NCBI GenBank assembly: GCA_050084515.1 | Contig: CM114271.1 | Coordinates: 27,838,001-27,902,000, forward strand | From: Blasia pusilla | Taxonomy: Eukaryota | Length of the DNA: 64,000 bases | Direction: 5' to 3' | Shown here: positions 39,850 to 52,230 of the stretch, one piece after another | Layout: each line of letters starts with the position of its first letter | Position numbering within the stretch: position 1 is the stretch's first letter | Position numbers and translations under genes: made by a program | The notes under the pieces: generated by a model | Told to the model about the DNA's origin: nothing | What the model saw: only the letters and a program-made list of their open reading frames with translations | Database searches by the model: none

Positions 39850-41219
39850 TCCACCTCTACCACCCCTACCACCTCTACCACCTCGGCCTCTCGGAGCTAC
39901 TCCACCACGGCCGCGGCCTGATCTCAACTCTGGATGAAGATCAAAGCAACGCTCTCGAGGATGACCCGGTCTCCCGCAATGATCACACTAAGTTGGGGCC
40001 GACTGAGGCCCATCCTCCAAAGTCCGTCTCCCATCCTCTTGGGGAAAAAACTTCCTAACATGATCACCTCCACATGTCCAACATGACTGTCCTTGTTGCG
40101 GGGCAGCAAATGAAGGCAATGGTCTCTGCGCAAGTGTCCCTCTAGGACGTGACTGAGGTCGTGTGTACCCTCCACGACTCCCACTACTACTATCACTACC
40201 ACCACTACTACGAGACTGTGAGGTGGGCTGCTGAACACGAGAAGTAGTAGTTGTATCCCTACTGAATGCGGATGTCACCACTCTCTCCGGATCCTTCACC
40301 ATGTTAAGCTCAATCTTCTCAGATAGAGCAAACACATGGGTCAATGTGGGTGAATCATCACTCATAAGAGTAGCATCACGTACCCTATGGCGCAACTCTC
40401 TGTCCAAGATCCCATACCAAAATTGGATCGTTTCTGAGCCTCATCACACCGGGTAATCGAAATCAAGCGTTGCATACGAGTGTATGCCTCACGAAGACTC
40501 TCACCAATCTTTCGCTCAAATTCTTGAAGACTCCTCAACTTCTCTGTCTTCACTCCCTTATAGTTCTTCTTCAACCTCTTGAAGAACTCTGCAACTGGGC
40601 TAAACGATGGTGGGGTTCTAGTACCTCCACTAGTACCCCCATTGGTACCTCCACTGGTACCCCCACTCTGGCTCGTACTCGTACCACTCAACGTCGGGTT
40701 GGCTGACATAGTAGGAGCACTACTACCAATACCACCATGGGTGATAGACACATAGCCTAGAGACCAATATTGTCTTGATGCCTCAATCTCAGCAACACGG
40801 TCCTTCCTAAACTCATGGTAATCATCCATGGGTGGTCCCTCCAAGTGCTGAAACAACCCCTTCCAAGCCGAGAAGGGTGTAAACAACGTGGCGTTCCGCA
40901 ACATATGCATATCACACCACGTATCAAACTCCTACATGAAGTCCTCCAACTCAATGGTGCCCACTGCACCCGAGTATCGTCGTGGGCCCTTCATGGCCCC
41001 ATATATCCCGTCCATGTCCCAAATCAATGGAGCTGCAACACTCGATAACAACGTAGAAGACTCGGTGTTTGGAACACCCTCGTCCTCCTCTTCATCAACT
41101 ATCAGAAGTGGAAAAGGTAGCCGATACCTAAATCCACTCCGTGTGAAACCACCACTGTCCGCACCACGGTCCCCAACCAGACCACCAGACAACTCCGTGA
41201 TGACCAACGCGGATGCCAT
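39850..41219 (-). pseudogene. gag: Gag of the split-repeat element, with two zinc knuckles and RGG repeats
   Basis: LQEFERKIGESLREAYTRMQRL; a degenerate knuckle CWTCGGDH; CDHCGRPGHPRERC (CX2CX4HX4C, read through the TAG at 39988); then RGRGG...RGGRGGRGGRGG. Confidence 0.8.
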
Positions 41220-42710
41220 CCCACCACCAAATTACCACCACTAAGTAACTAAGTGACGTCGATGTCGCTGTACTATTCTAGCTCTACTAGCTATGGGTGT
41301 AGGAAACCTAACCTGTCATCACCACAAGAAGCCTCCCACGGTCTACTGGTCATCACTCCAGCCTCACTATCGGTAGCACACAGGAATAACACTACTCTGG
41401 AAATCAACGTCAACCCTAACAATGGGCGCGCAAGCAAGAAGCAACGATGGAGGGGATCCAAACACAGGAAGTCCAACGACAACCCTCCAATCGCAAATGG
41501 AAATCAAGGTAACACAATCCACCAAACATGGCGCCCCCTGAATCCACAGAACCCACCACACAATTCTAACGCAATAGCTACTCCGCTGCGGGTCGATAAC
41601 GAGCTAGTCGAACTCGTAGCATCTGAAAATATCACCTGCATGGAGAGGCTACACCGTACTATGCGCTAGAGGTCCATCAACCAGAAACCTGAGATGCATA
41701 AAGCGCCTAACACCTCTCCAAACAACACCAAATGAGCTACAACAGTGTGTACACTGGCATAGTTAAGAACTCAGCAGTTGAGCGTCTTCCAGGCAGAATA
41801 GCCCAAAGATGGATGACTAGTTATGCAACACTCAAATCACAAATCTTGCAAAAACTACCTCACGCCCAAGCAAGCCAGCTTGCTTGCTTGCTTGCTCCTT
41901 GCTCCTTACTCCGCCTCTCACGACCACTCGCCCCGAGCTACGACGAGTTGCCTCGAAGCCTCAAAACGCCGAGAAATGCTCGAGACATGCCCCTATCGCC
42001 AGGCTTCGCTATGGAGAGAGGCCCAACCAGGGCGCCCCCAACGGGATAGGCGTCTCCAACAATGAACGAGTCACCAACCAGCCAGCCCTCCGATCCGCTG
42101 TCCACCATAGCCAGACCTTGAGCTAGTCCGCGAAATTTCGATCAGCAATTACTTCACAAATCCGTTACCAAAATCAAATCTGTTTTGACCAGAATTCAAT
42201 TGACCACCATAGCTATCTCTCCACAAAAAATCAGCTACAACCAAGTTCTGTACTCCGAGCTAAAAATCAGACAAACTTGCTATCCATACACCTCCAGAAT
42301 CGCAAATCGGACAACGCTTCCGCCCAGTTTCATGCACGCAGAAATCCGCAACGCTCCACACACTCGAGAAAATAGCTTCACATGAGATCAAAATACAAGT
42401 AGCAACAGGAACCTCTCACCCGATCTGGATGAACTTCAACAGAGCTTCCGCACTCCAAGCTCTCCACATCAGAAAACCGTCAAACACGAACCAGAATCTT
42501 CAATCCTTGATAACTTCCAACTCCCTTGACGAAATCTGGCAATCTAAAGCGCGTTGGAAAGCTCTCAGCAAGGCCCTTCTTTCCCAACTAACCACGCACT
42601 AGATTCATACCTCTAACATAGGCCACAAGCCACGAACATCCACGTTTGAGTACACAATCAGCCCTAACCAGACCCTACTGATCCACAATCGAAGCTACCA
42701 TCGATCTACG

Positions 42711-42723
42711 TCAGTTCTTTGAG
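42711..42723 (-). promoter_or_regulatory. Self-priming type primer-binding site
   Basis: CTCAAAGAACTGA directly follows the ...ATTTCA end of A1 and is the exact complement of TCAGTTCTTTGAG at 42899-42887. It does not have the TGG start of a tRNA PBS. Confidence 0.75.
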
Positions 42724-43091
42724 TGAAATCCGTGAAAGACCTATTGTCATAAAACACGTATAGAATCACATACAATCGAGCCAAACCCACTCCACGATGG
42801 GAGAATCGAGGTCGAAACTTGCGGGAAACACCATAGCCAAGAGCTCTACTCACTACCAAGGCTAACTCCCAACGCAACAGGCTCAACTCAAAGAACTGAT
42901 TGTTCTTTGAGTGCACTCCACCTTATATCCTCCAACCTAAGAGCGGGCCCTATTGGAGAAGTCACCATCAATTGAGTAACCCCCAACCCTATGTATGAAA
43001 TCGCATCTCTACTTAAACATTGCGGCCCTACATAAGATATGGCCTCTAGTAGCACATTATACTCTACGACATAATCCGTATGGTCATGGCA
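42724..43091 (-). repeat. Repeat A1 (368 bp, 5' terminal)
   Basis: Co-linear with A2 (33387-33754), about 17 substitutions by manual count and no indels. Confidence 0.95.
42887..42927 (-). promoter_or_regulatory. Putative element promoter: TATA box and initiator
   Basis: TATAA at 42927-42923 and an Inr-like TCAGTT whose A (42897) is 30 nt downstream. Confidence 0.6.
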
Positions 43092-46000
43092 TTGTATGTT
43101 GCATAATTAAACTCTTCCTTTCACAAATTATACATTAAGAACAAATTCAAACACTTTTTATTCATGTGTACACGGAACCTTGCTAGTAATATGTACTAAG
43201 AAGATCATAATATATACTAGGATCCTTATTTAATATTCCTTACCAATCTCTATATATGATAAAAAAAAACCTTGAGCAAAAGTATTTTCGAGAGAAATTC
43301 AATATCGAGTTAAAAAACTGCAGTTTGACTTCCAACTTTGATAATCATAAATCTTAGAAAATAATCGTGATTAAGTTACACTTTTTTTTAAAGAAAGAAA
43401 GCAGTTATTCTAATCGCATATGCGGAAAAGCATACACCAAGGTCTTTTCATGGAAACCTTTCTTTCCAAACCATTAAGGAACTAGAGGTGGGTGGCCGTG
43501 GTCAATCGACAGAGGCCGCCGTCTGAGTGAAAAGCGTCATATTGGATTATTCCAGTTCGGGATCCAATTAGGCCGAGATCCATTATCACGGACGACGGAT
43601 TTTTTTAGTCCGGAGCGAATGAGAATTGGCAACTTGAGACACTTTCGATTGCGTCTCAGGGAATGTCTGATATGATGCAGTATCTCTCTCTGCTTCGGGG
43701 GCCTACTGATGGTATGATTTTTCAAAGTTATCATTATGCTTATTTGAAGTATGCGCCAATGGAAGCAATGCGGTGATGTAAAGTTACCCACCGTACAACT
43801 TAACGACCGAGGAAATGAGTGGGTACATGGACGCCAAAAGGATTCATGGATGACCGGAGGTAAGGCATGCGCACCACTAGTGACGAATAGTTCCTTGGTC
43901 GATGGAGCTCTGGATGTCGAATCAAGCTGACAAGAGAGATCACATAAAATCTTACTTTGAAGTGTCGCAGATCCTGGATTGAAAGTCAAACATACGTCCG
44001 TGGGTTTGGTTTCTTTCCTGAGGAATTTCCCGTGATGAAATCAAACGCCGTTTTCTGTCGTCGCTCGATCGAGGTCCACTTATCTGAGTTCCACTAGGGT
44101 CAAGAAGTTTCTTCCAAGCTATCGAATCTTACTGCAATCTAAAAATCCTCTGCCGTAAGCATGACGAGTGGAGTGTTTTTTTTTTCTGACTATGGAGAGG
44201 ATGGATACGGGGCAAACCAGCCACCTAACAATCTCGGTCATCGTTCTTGTCTCGAGAATCTACAGATGTCGCCAAGGAGAGCAAGCCCCAAGGAGAAAAC
44301 AGAACAATGGAAGCTTTCATCACCTTAATCTACAGTCATGTGTGTTGGAAGATCTGATTCAACAACTTCAATCAGTTCTTCAGAAATAAATCGGTTCCGT
44401 GAATTGAGGACAAAGTAACACAACACATTTGCTTCGCCTACGACCCGGCGAATGACGATGCTCGGCTCCCGGAAGCCAATGGAACCGCAACATGGGGTAT
44501 TAATGACATGAGCGGGCAAGAATGTGCGACAGTTCTCGGCGGAGAGCTCCATGATGTCTCTTCAGTCTCCAGTGCTCTCCACTCCGTGATCAACAAGTTT
44601 GGTCTGTCGGTAGTTATTGTATTGATGGAGGTCGGACCAGGTCCGAATCTGATAGCAATCTTTGAAACGTTTCAAAACAGCTGGCAGCTGGCGTTGTTCC
44701 ATGTTCCATCTCCTTCCTCAACGGCGAGCAAGATCGCCGTCAACTCCCACACGTCAACAAACCCACTGGAAGCGACGCAAGTTGCCTCGGATCAGACACT
44801 AGTAGATGCGATGAAAGTGTCACTCGACAATCAGCTTCTTCCCATATGCAGCATGACTAAGCAAGAAGGGGTTCCAAGTAGGGGAGGCTGTTGGTATTAC
44901 GCACCAACGGCGGTGTCGCTGTTGTGGTGGTGTATAGTCGTATCAATGGTTCCTTCGGATAGGCTATTGTCCTGTGTCGGGGGGTTCAAGGCAGTATCCC
45001 TTATCGAGTGGCTGGGCTATTTCCAAAGAAGACAGATCCTCTACTCAAAAGGAATGAAAAATCCATATGAGAAGAAATGGTCGTCGAAATCGTCGAGCAG
45101 AGAAACGGCCACATTGCACCTGGACGCCTCGATCTTCCAAACGCAAGAAGAGAGAAACGGTCAAAAACGTGAAGGAGCGCCCCACTGCCACGATTCTTGA
45201 TTGCAAGGTCTAGGGCTGGGAGGTCCCACTAGGTATGTCAGGTAGTTTGGTTCTTCTACTGGAAGTCTTTGAAAGGGCCAAGATCCCGAAGGCATGATTC
45301 GTCCTGATGCGTGTACCTCTCACGGGAAGGACTGAGCAAACGAGCCGACTCCATGTTTTTTCACCGGGGAACGCCTGTTCAGAAGATATACGATAGCATC
45401 GGAGAGGAGTAGTGATTAGGATCAGCGGCAATTACAGCCCCGAGAAGTGAATTGGGATCATGCTCCTCATCGACTGGCAAAGAGTCACAGACAAACTGAC
45501 CTAATGGAATCGCAGATTCGCAATAGCACATTGGGAAGTCTTGTCTACTGGCCATTCAATGCTACAACGTGAGGTCCAAGAGACGGACGAACACGAAAGA
45601 GACTTCGTCACCACGGTAGTAGAAGCAAGTCTTCAATAAGACAAGCATTAGAGATAATTTCGGTTTTCGGACTAGGGGGCCTAGCGCGGCAGTACAATGA
45701 ATGCATCGGATGTGCACTGACAAAAGGCAGAGAAAGCTTTCAAGTCTTCCAGCCTCCCAGGGCTTCCTAGCACAAACAATGATAGACCAAACAAACGACA
45801 CCTTGCAAAACTTCCAGATCACGATATCTAATCTGACTACTGAGTCACTCACTCCTGACGCTCGCTCCTCCTGCCGTGTAGCTACCAAATTGGCAGGGGG
45901 AAGCTTTCAAAGTGCATCAATCTCTTGTTGATTCCTTCTCGATTAAGAAGATGTACAGACAACTTCATTGTCCTCACCAACTAATTGAATCTTCACTTTT

Positions 46001-46570
46001 TCGCCCGTTGAAGTCCTTACACTTAAGTATCTCCGGAAATTTTGGCGTCTCTTGCCACCCAAAGGTTTCAACGTGCGGAAATTTTGGCGCATTACTTCGT
46101 TGTGAGATATTTTCGAAAATACTGAGTTTTTCTTTGAGCGGAGCTCGACTTAAAAGTGAAAGCCTTCCCAAGCCTCAAGCCCTTACCAGCTTCAAGAAGA
46201 TTCAAGAAATCGATTTCCCGAGTGGGAGTTAAGAACAAAATTGCAAGCTTGTTATTACTCTCTTAACCCCATGCACGAGTTAGGAGAGTCCGCCCTCGTG
46301 TTTGTGGAAAAAAAAATTATTGATTTATTTGTTTTAAAGATATTTTTGCTTTTTAATTTCCGAGAAGTAATAAAATTTAAATTTTCTAAATAACTCCACT
46401 TTTTAATCAACATTTAGATAATATCTCATTCCGAAAATAATTCCATTAAATAAATTTAAACAATACCTACTCCTTCCCCTCCTTTCATCTCACCAAAATA
46501 GCATGCATTATCTAAATCCTTTATTTTTTTTAGTTAATGAAATCGTTTTCCTCTTCCATACAATTCATTA

Positions 46571-46637
46571 TTAAGTCACACTTGATATTTTGGGAAGTGA
46601 AAATTTTTCACTTCCCAAAATATCAAGTGTGACTTAA
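46571..46637. repeat. Perfect 67-bp palindrome (33-bp arms, 1-nt centre)
   Basis: ttaagtcacacttgatattttgggaagtgaaaa-t-ttttcacttcccaaaatatcaagtgtgacttaa. Confidence 0.95.
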
Positions 46638-47075
46638 GGGACAAAATGGCAAACTTGTTTTTATTTTACCTTATTGTGCATAAAAGATCCTCAATTCCAA
46701 TCTAGGTAGTATAGATTAGGAAGATGGAATAAAGTTATTAGAAACCAGGCAAGTCTCGAGAGGAGACAACCCCAAACTACAATTGAGAGAAGAGTCACCT
46801 AGGTGGTCCCCTTCCTAGAGCATGACAGAATGCTTGCCAAAATCAGGTATGTCATGGGAATAATTATGTCTAACATATTGTCTCTAAAACAGCCTTGAAG
46901 AAGTGGACATCTATTAAAAAGAACTTAGAGCCAAAATTTAACAAATATGTATGAGGGAAAAGTTGCGAGAATAAACATAGGCTCACCTAGAAGGAAATCT
47001 ATGCATACTCTTAGAGAATCTTATAGGGAAAAGGATCTCCTATCTATTTGAGACACTCATTCTAGTAAAAGAGAG

Positions 47076-47139
47076 GGATTTTTGTAGGGATTTAGGTTTT
47101 AAGAGCACCCTCTTAAAACCTAAATCCCTACAAAAATCC
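47076..47139. repeat. Perfect inverted repeat (30-bp arms, 4-nt loop)
   Basis: ggatttttgtagggatttaggttttaagag-cacc-ctcttaaaacctaaatccctacaaaaatcc. Confidence 0.95.
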
Positions 47140-48699
47140 AGGGGTCTAGAAAGAGTGAATATCTGGAATTATATCTTTCTATCTATCTATCTATAATAAT
47201 GGGCAACCCTTTATGGAAAATAATACAAAAGAGCAATATGGTTGAAATTTGTTCCTTGAGTTGCATTATATGGATAAAGAGAATGAATTTGAGTGGAATA
47301 GGACAATAATTTAATTAATTAATTAATTATTAATAATAGATGATCAAGATTTACAATAAGCCAAAATAATGGGATAAAAATTTTGAATTAAATTTTTTTG
47401 AATTTTTTCATGTTTGATGGGAAAGGAAAATTAATTTTAATGGAGAAGGTGTAGATATTTTTTAAGTTTTATTGAAGGGTGGAATTATTTAAAGGATAGG
47501 GATATCATATAAATTTTAACTGAAGTGAAATTAGTTAGAAGAGTGGAATTTTATTACTCTTCTAAAATTTAAGAAAATGAATATTTTATTGAAATCAAAA
47601 TAGGATTATTTAAAATAAGAATAATTTTAATTCACATTTGATATTTTGGGAAAGGAAATTAATTTGAATAGAAAAGGGGAATAATTTCATTAGTTAGTGT
47701 ATGTTATATATATAACAACTATTGTAGAATCCATGCATGGCATGAGACTTATAAACATACTTCCTAATATTCAAAATAGATCAATTTTTTCATCCTTTGA
47801 TACGAAAAAAAATTTCATAGTGACCTATTGTCATATATATCAAATAGAAATATCCGTGCTTCGCACAAGCACAAGCTAGTTGGATATATTGGCCTTAAAC
47901 ACTCCATGCATCATGTGGACATTTTTAATTCTAATTTCTAGTCAATGTTTAGTCAAAGTTTCCTAGTTTGTCCAAGTAATGGCATGCATGGAAAGAAAAT
48001 GGGATAATGACAAAAATTAGGAAACAAATCAGAAGAGACTTGAAAATTTTAGGAACTATATTTTGAAAATAAACTTTGGAAGTTGGGTGGGAAAGAAAAT
48101 TGGAGCCCTAATTTGTTTGAAAAGAGTAATTACATTATGCGATCACATAATGTTATTAATATATCTCTTATATTCTAGTAGATGCACTAGTTATCGAGGG
48201 AAAGGGGTTGCTATTAGGAAAAGATATTATAATGAGAAGTGAATTCAAAACTCTCTTACAAAAAGGATTTTGAGATATAATAGTACTACTTAAATATGAG
48301 GAACGAACTAAGTCATTAAGTTACATATGGTTGTATATAAAGAGTATACTTAATAATTTATTATAAATTAGAATTGTAAAAATGGGGATTACTTAACATG
48401 AAGATAATTGTATGTGAAAAATCAAGTCTCATAAGGAATGATGAGGGGCCTCTTTCCTTTCATACATTTGGATTTTTTCTTTGAATCACGTTTAATTTCT
48501 ATATTATTATTGGAGAGTGCCCTTCATTTTGCAAACTCTTTTCCTCTCGACATTTGGCAATCTCAACCTATAGGATCACTCATCTTTTTGAGCCAATAGG
48601 CTCAATCAAAATTAATTTAAAATTATACTTGAAAATTTTGAGAGGTAATGATCATTTCGAGAAGTACATGAGTGTTTTATAAAAATATAGATGTGTCGA

Positions 48700-51600
48700 C
48701 CATGCTAGCATGGTTTCACACATTCTTGTAAGTTTCTATCATTTTATAATTGTATACCTTTTGGTTACTTTTGTACCACCGCCACTTCCAAACATAGTAA
48801 CTTGGGCACTTAGATCAATAGGAGATCTACATCTATCCCATTGACTATATCATATTTCTATTTGATGAATAGAATGTGACTTGACCAAAACTCCTCTGTA
48901 GGGACTAATCTATTCTCATCCAACTCTTTTTATTTATCTCTTCTTTGACTTACTTGATCTGGTAGAAGAGCCAACTTGTGTAGTAGATTCAAACAAAACA
49001 ACTATATCACTTCCAATATCAACATAACAAGTCAGGCAATCTAGATTAGTTGGTTCTTTTTCTTTACCTGTAGTGTAATAGATTTTTGTGACATAAGTAT
49101 TAGCCTATTTTTAGAAATGAAAATATCACATGCCCAATCACTTACCAAAGTAGACTTGAAGTATACTCTATCCTTAAATGTCACAGTAGGCACAACTCCA
49201 CGAGGAACTCCATCAGTGCACTCATGCATAAATTAACTAAATACATGCCTTACCTTACGTCCCAATGTTTTTGTCTATATGGATGGATCGTTATCTACTT
49301 CCTCATCCAAGTCCTCACCAATCACTCTAGAATCCAAAGAGGTCGGTGCATTACTATCCCACGCGTCAAAACTATTCAAACCCTTTGGCATTTGGTCATC
49401 AACTTCTGTTTCATCAATACTAGACTCCTCGAGTGGACAAGGGCCTAATTTTGGTCTCTCTTCTATGAATTCCTCAGAGTCATCATATGTAATTTCCTCA
49501 TTCATAATAGCAAAGTCATGCCATATCTTTACGTCCATATCCCATGGATGCAACCACCATCGCCTCTAACCTAATGGCAAAGAAAACCTAGGATACATAT
49601 TCAACTTGGTCAATATTGATTTTGCTTCATCCAAACCCTCTTTAAGGGCATCAACTACCAACTCATCAGTCTGAATCAATGAATAGTCAAACGGGTTATG
49701 AGCATCTTCTCCTACACCTAACGGATGAAGAGTTCCCCACACATGATCTTGCTTTGGGTGAGACTGGACAATCTCTAATCCTTTTGGTCCAAATTCCAAG
49801 AAAGCTAGTATTTACCATCCCATTGCACTATCCAACAAAGACCCAAAATCATTATTGCGTTCATGGCCACTGATTCCACCAATCTTGCTGAAGAAGATCT
49901 TACAACAGTCAGATCCTAGGAGGTGAAATGGAACTTGCAAGTATGGATACTTGTCACCGAGAGCACATATTAGTAATACAATAAAATGGCAAGACATATT
50001 TATATCATGGAAAGCTTGTACTGATATCATGTTCTTCTCTATCACAGATCCTACACTCCGTGTCATAGAATGATCACCATGTCTCAGCCAAAGTCTCTAG
50101 ATTCGAAAGAACCATGACACTTTAGATGCCAAAACTACACAACTCCTCAATTCATGCTTACGTGAGAAGAAAATATCAATATAATCACCACAAACCTCCA
50201 AGCATAGTTGGGTACCCACGCTTCTGTTATGCAAATATCCATTCCCTCAAACACATCTTGTAAACACGCTTGCACTTTCTTAAAGCAATTCGTTTAGTCT
50301 TATTCACATCATCCTACTTCAAGCCATCGTCATGAATTTTGTAGTGGTTATAGACATTTGTGACATATGACAAAGATGCATATTGATCTTTGAGGATACA
50401 AGTAGCTAAGCATCTATCCGATGGATTAATTGCTTTCTTCCCATTATGAGGCACATTCTAGTCTCCAAAGCCATATAGATCACCATTAGGAGGAACAGAG
50501 ACAAACTACTGTCATCCTTCCCACCCCACACTCTACCTAGGTGTAGTAGACTTAACACCCCTGTAATCCTCCATCATTAGTTTTCTACGACGGCCATCCC
50601 CATCACTAGCATATCGAGATACAGGCCCGATATAAGCTCAACAACACTCATCCCACATTGCTTTCAACTGCACCCAATGTTATCTCACCCAGTCTGCATT
50701 GAACTTTTTACACGTGGTAATAAAACAGATGGCCAATTTAGGCATAGACTCATCAACAAGATTAACAATGATAACTCTAGCATATATGGCGTTAGAATAA
50801 CCCTAGAAAGTACTTATAATCTTGTGGTAGCCCTCATCACCCTCCCAAACCAGTACTTCCATTCCATATGAACACTGGGGTGCCTCTTTGGGCCCGCAGA
50901 AACCAATCAAGGTATCATACTTGGCCTCCCATCTGTCATACTCATCTCTAGAATGCTAGATTATATTCATAAGGAACAAAAATTCAGTGTCCAATAATTT
51001 GTAGAATTGAATCTCAAACGCTCATTTAGGCCGCTCCTTCATCCTTGTTTTGTCCTCTGCAAACATTACAAGGACATCTCCTTCAATTTCAAGAGTCTGC
51101 TTTGATGCAGAGAAAATTCTGCCAATCTCCATGAATATCTCTTTACGCAATCTAGTTCTGAAGGGTGGTAACTTAGCTTTGTCTTGCTTCAATGTCTTCA
51201 CACTTGGACCACCTAAGTTCTTCTAAAATATTTGGCTACTTGCCTATCACTAAATTGTAGCATTGCTTGGGCTAATGCTCTTGTTCTCTTACTATACCTA
51301 AACCCCTTAGCAACCCTGGTTAGATTTCTAGCAGCATCAATCATGAAATTCCATGACCCTTCTTTGAAACCACATGCTCCAATCCTATGCCTATTCATAA
51401 TATTCCTAAGGAATAGTCTTAGATCCTTCCTATTTGTAACTACTCCTAACAATTCGTCTAGCTTTCTCTGCCAAGTACTCAAGGTAGCTACTTTGGCAGC
51501 ATATAATGATAGAAGCCATCTTTGTTTTCTGAATTTGGAGGTCAAATTCCCAATGTGATTTTTTTGCTTTGTCTTGGTGAGAAGATCCAATCGTATTCCA

Positions 51601-52230
51601 TCACTTGTACCTTTGGCTTCTCTCGGCACTAAAGCTTCAATTTGCCTATGCACCCAGCCACGGAAATCATCCAATCTCTTTACACACTCACAATTATTGC
51701 ATGTTAGGTTCAAAAACCCATCACCATTGTAAGACAACCTTTCACATTGCTCGTGTCTAAAACAACCCTAAATATTCACTAGACACTCTGTTGTAGGATT
51801 GTAAACCTATGCAAAACAAGTTAACTCACAATCCCACAAGGCCCCTCCCTCTTGATCATCAAGAATAGCCTTGACATCCATTCGATCTTCTCTCCACTAA
51901 TACATTTCATCCCACAACCCCTAACAGAGCAAACTTAGACCTCGATTTATTGCCGGATCTAACGCATTTTTACCATAAGAGCTCCCAACATTGGACTTAT
52001 CTCCTTTGAACTTTAGGATTAATCCTTGTGAAGGTTGTTGATCCCCGACATCTGCTTTTCTTGGTTTGCCTCTCTTTCCTTACCTTAATGCCATGTCTAC
52101 ATAAGCCTCATTGATCTTAGAGACATCCAAATGATCCCGACTAACCAAGTGTTATGTCAAATTATGATCCAAATTCAGTTTCTTTGAGCATATGTCTGCA
52201 TGCAACTTTCAACAGACTCTATACTTGATC
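48700..52230 (-). pseudogene. P-element-like DDE transposase pseudogene, copy 1
   Basis: Broken frames give MFAEDKTR, YASDGDGRRRKLM, VPHNGKKAINP, LLGSDCCKIFFSKIGG and YFKSTLVS. Co-linear with copy 2. Confidence 0.65.

Larger units (their letters stand above)
33281..43091 (-). mobile_element. Gypsy-like retroelement with split direct repeats: gag-PR-DNMT-RT-RH-INT-PHD (degenerate copy)
   Basis: TG/CA termini and a TTGT TSD (33277-33280 and 43092-43095). Repeats: A1 42724-43091, B1 33757-33862, A2 33387-33754, B2 33281-33386. All retroelement domains are recognisable on the minus strand. Confidence 0.93.

Noticed and set aside
41253-42385. Plus-strand ORFs in the long leader of the DNMT element as an extra antisense gene
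   Set aside because: Short, overlapping and without motifs; no support for an env-like or accessory gene.
33281-43091. DIRS/Ngaro tyrosine-recombinase element, suggested by the split repeats and a methyltransferase
   Set aside because: No tyrosine recombinase motifs were seen. The element has a protease, an HHCC-DDE integrase and a TSD, and its MTase is C5-cytosine type (PCQ/ENV), not the adenine type of DIRS.
44632-44646. miR166-like start (tcggaccagg)
   Set aside because: Only the first 10 nt match, and there is no precursor-length hairpin.
44508-45200. 230-aa ORF as a protein-coding gene
   Set aside because: No recognisable domain or splice structure, so it is not called as a CDS.
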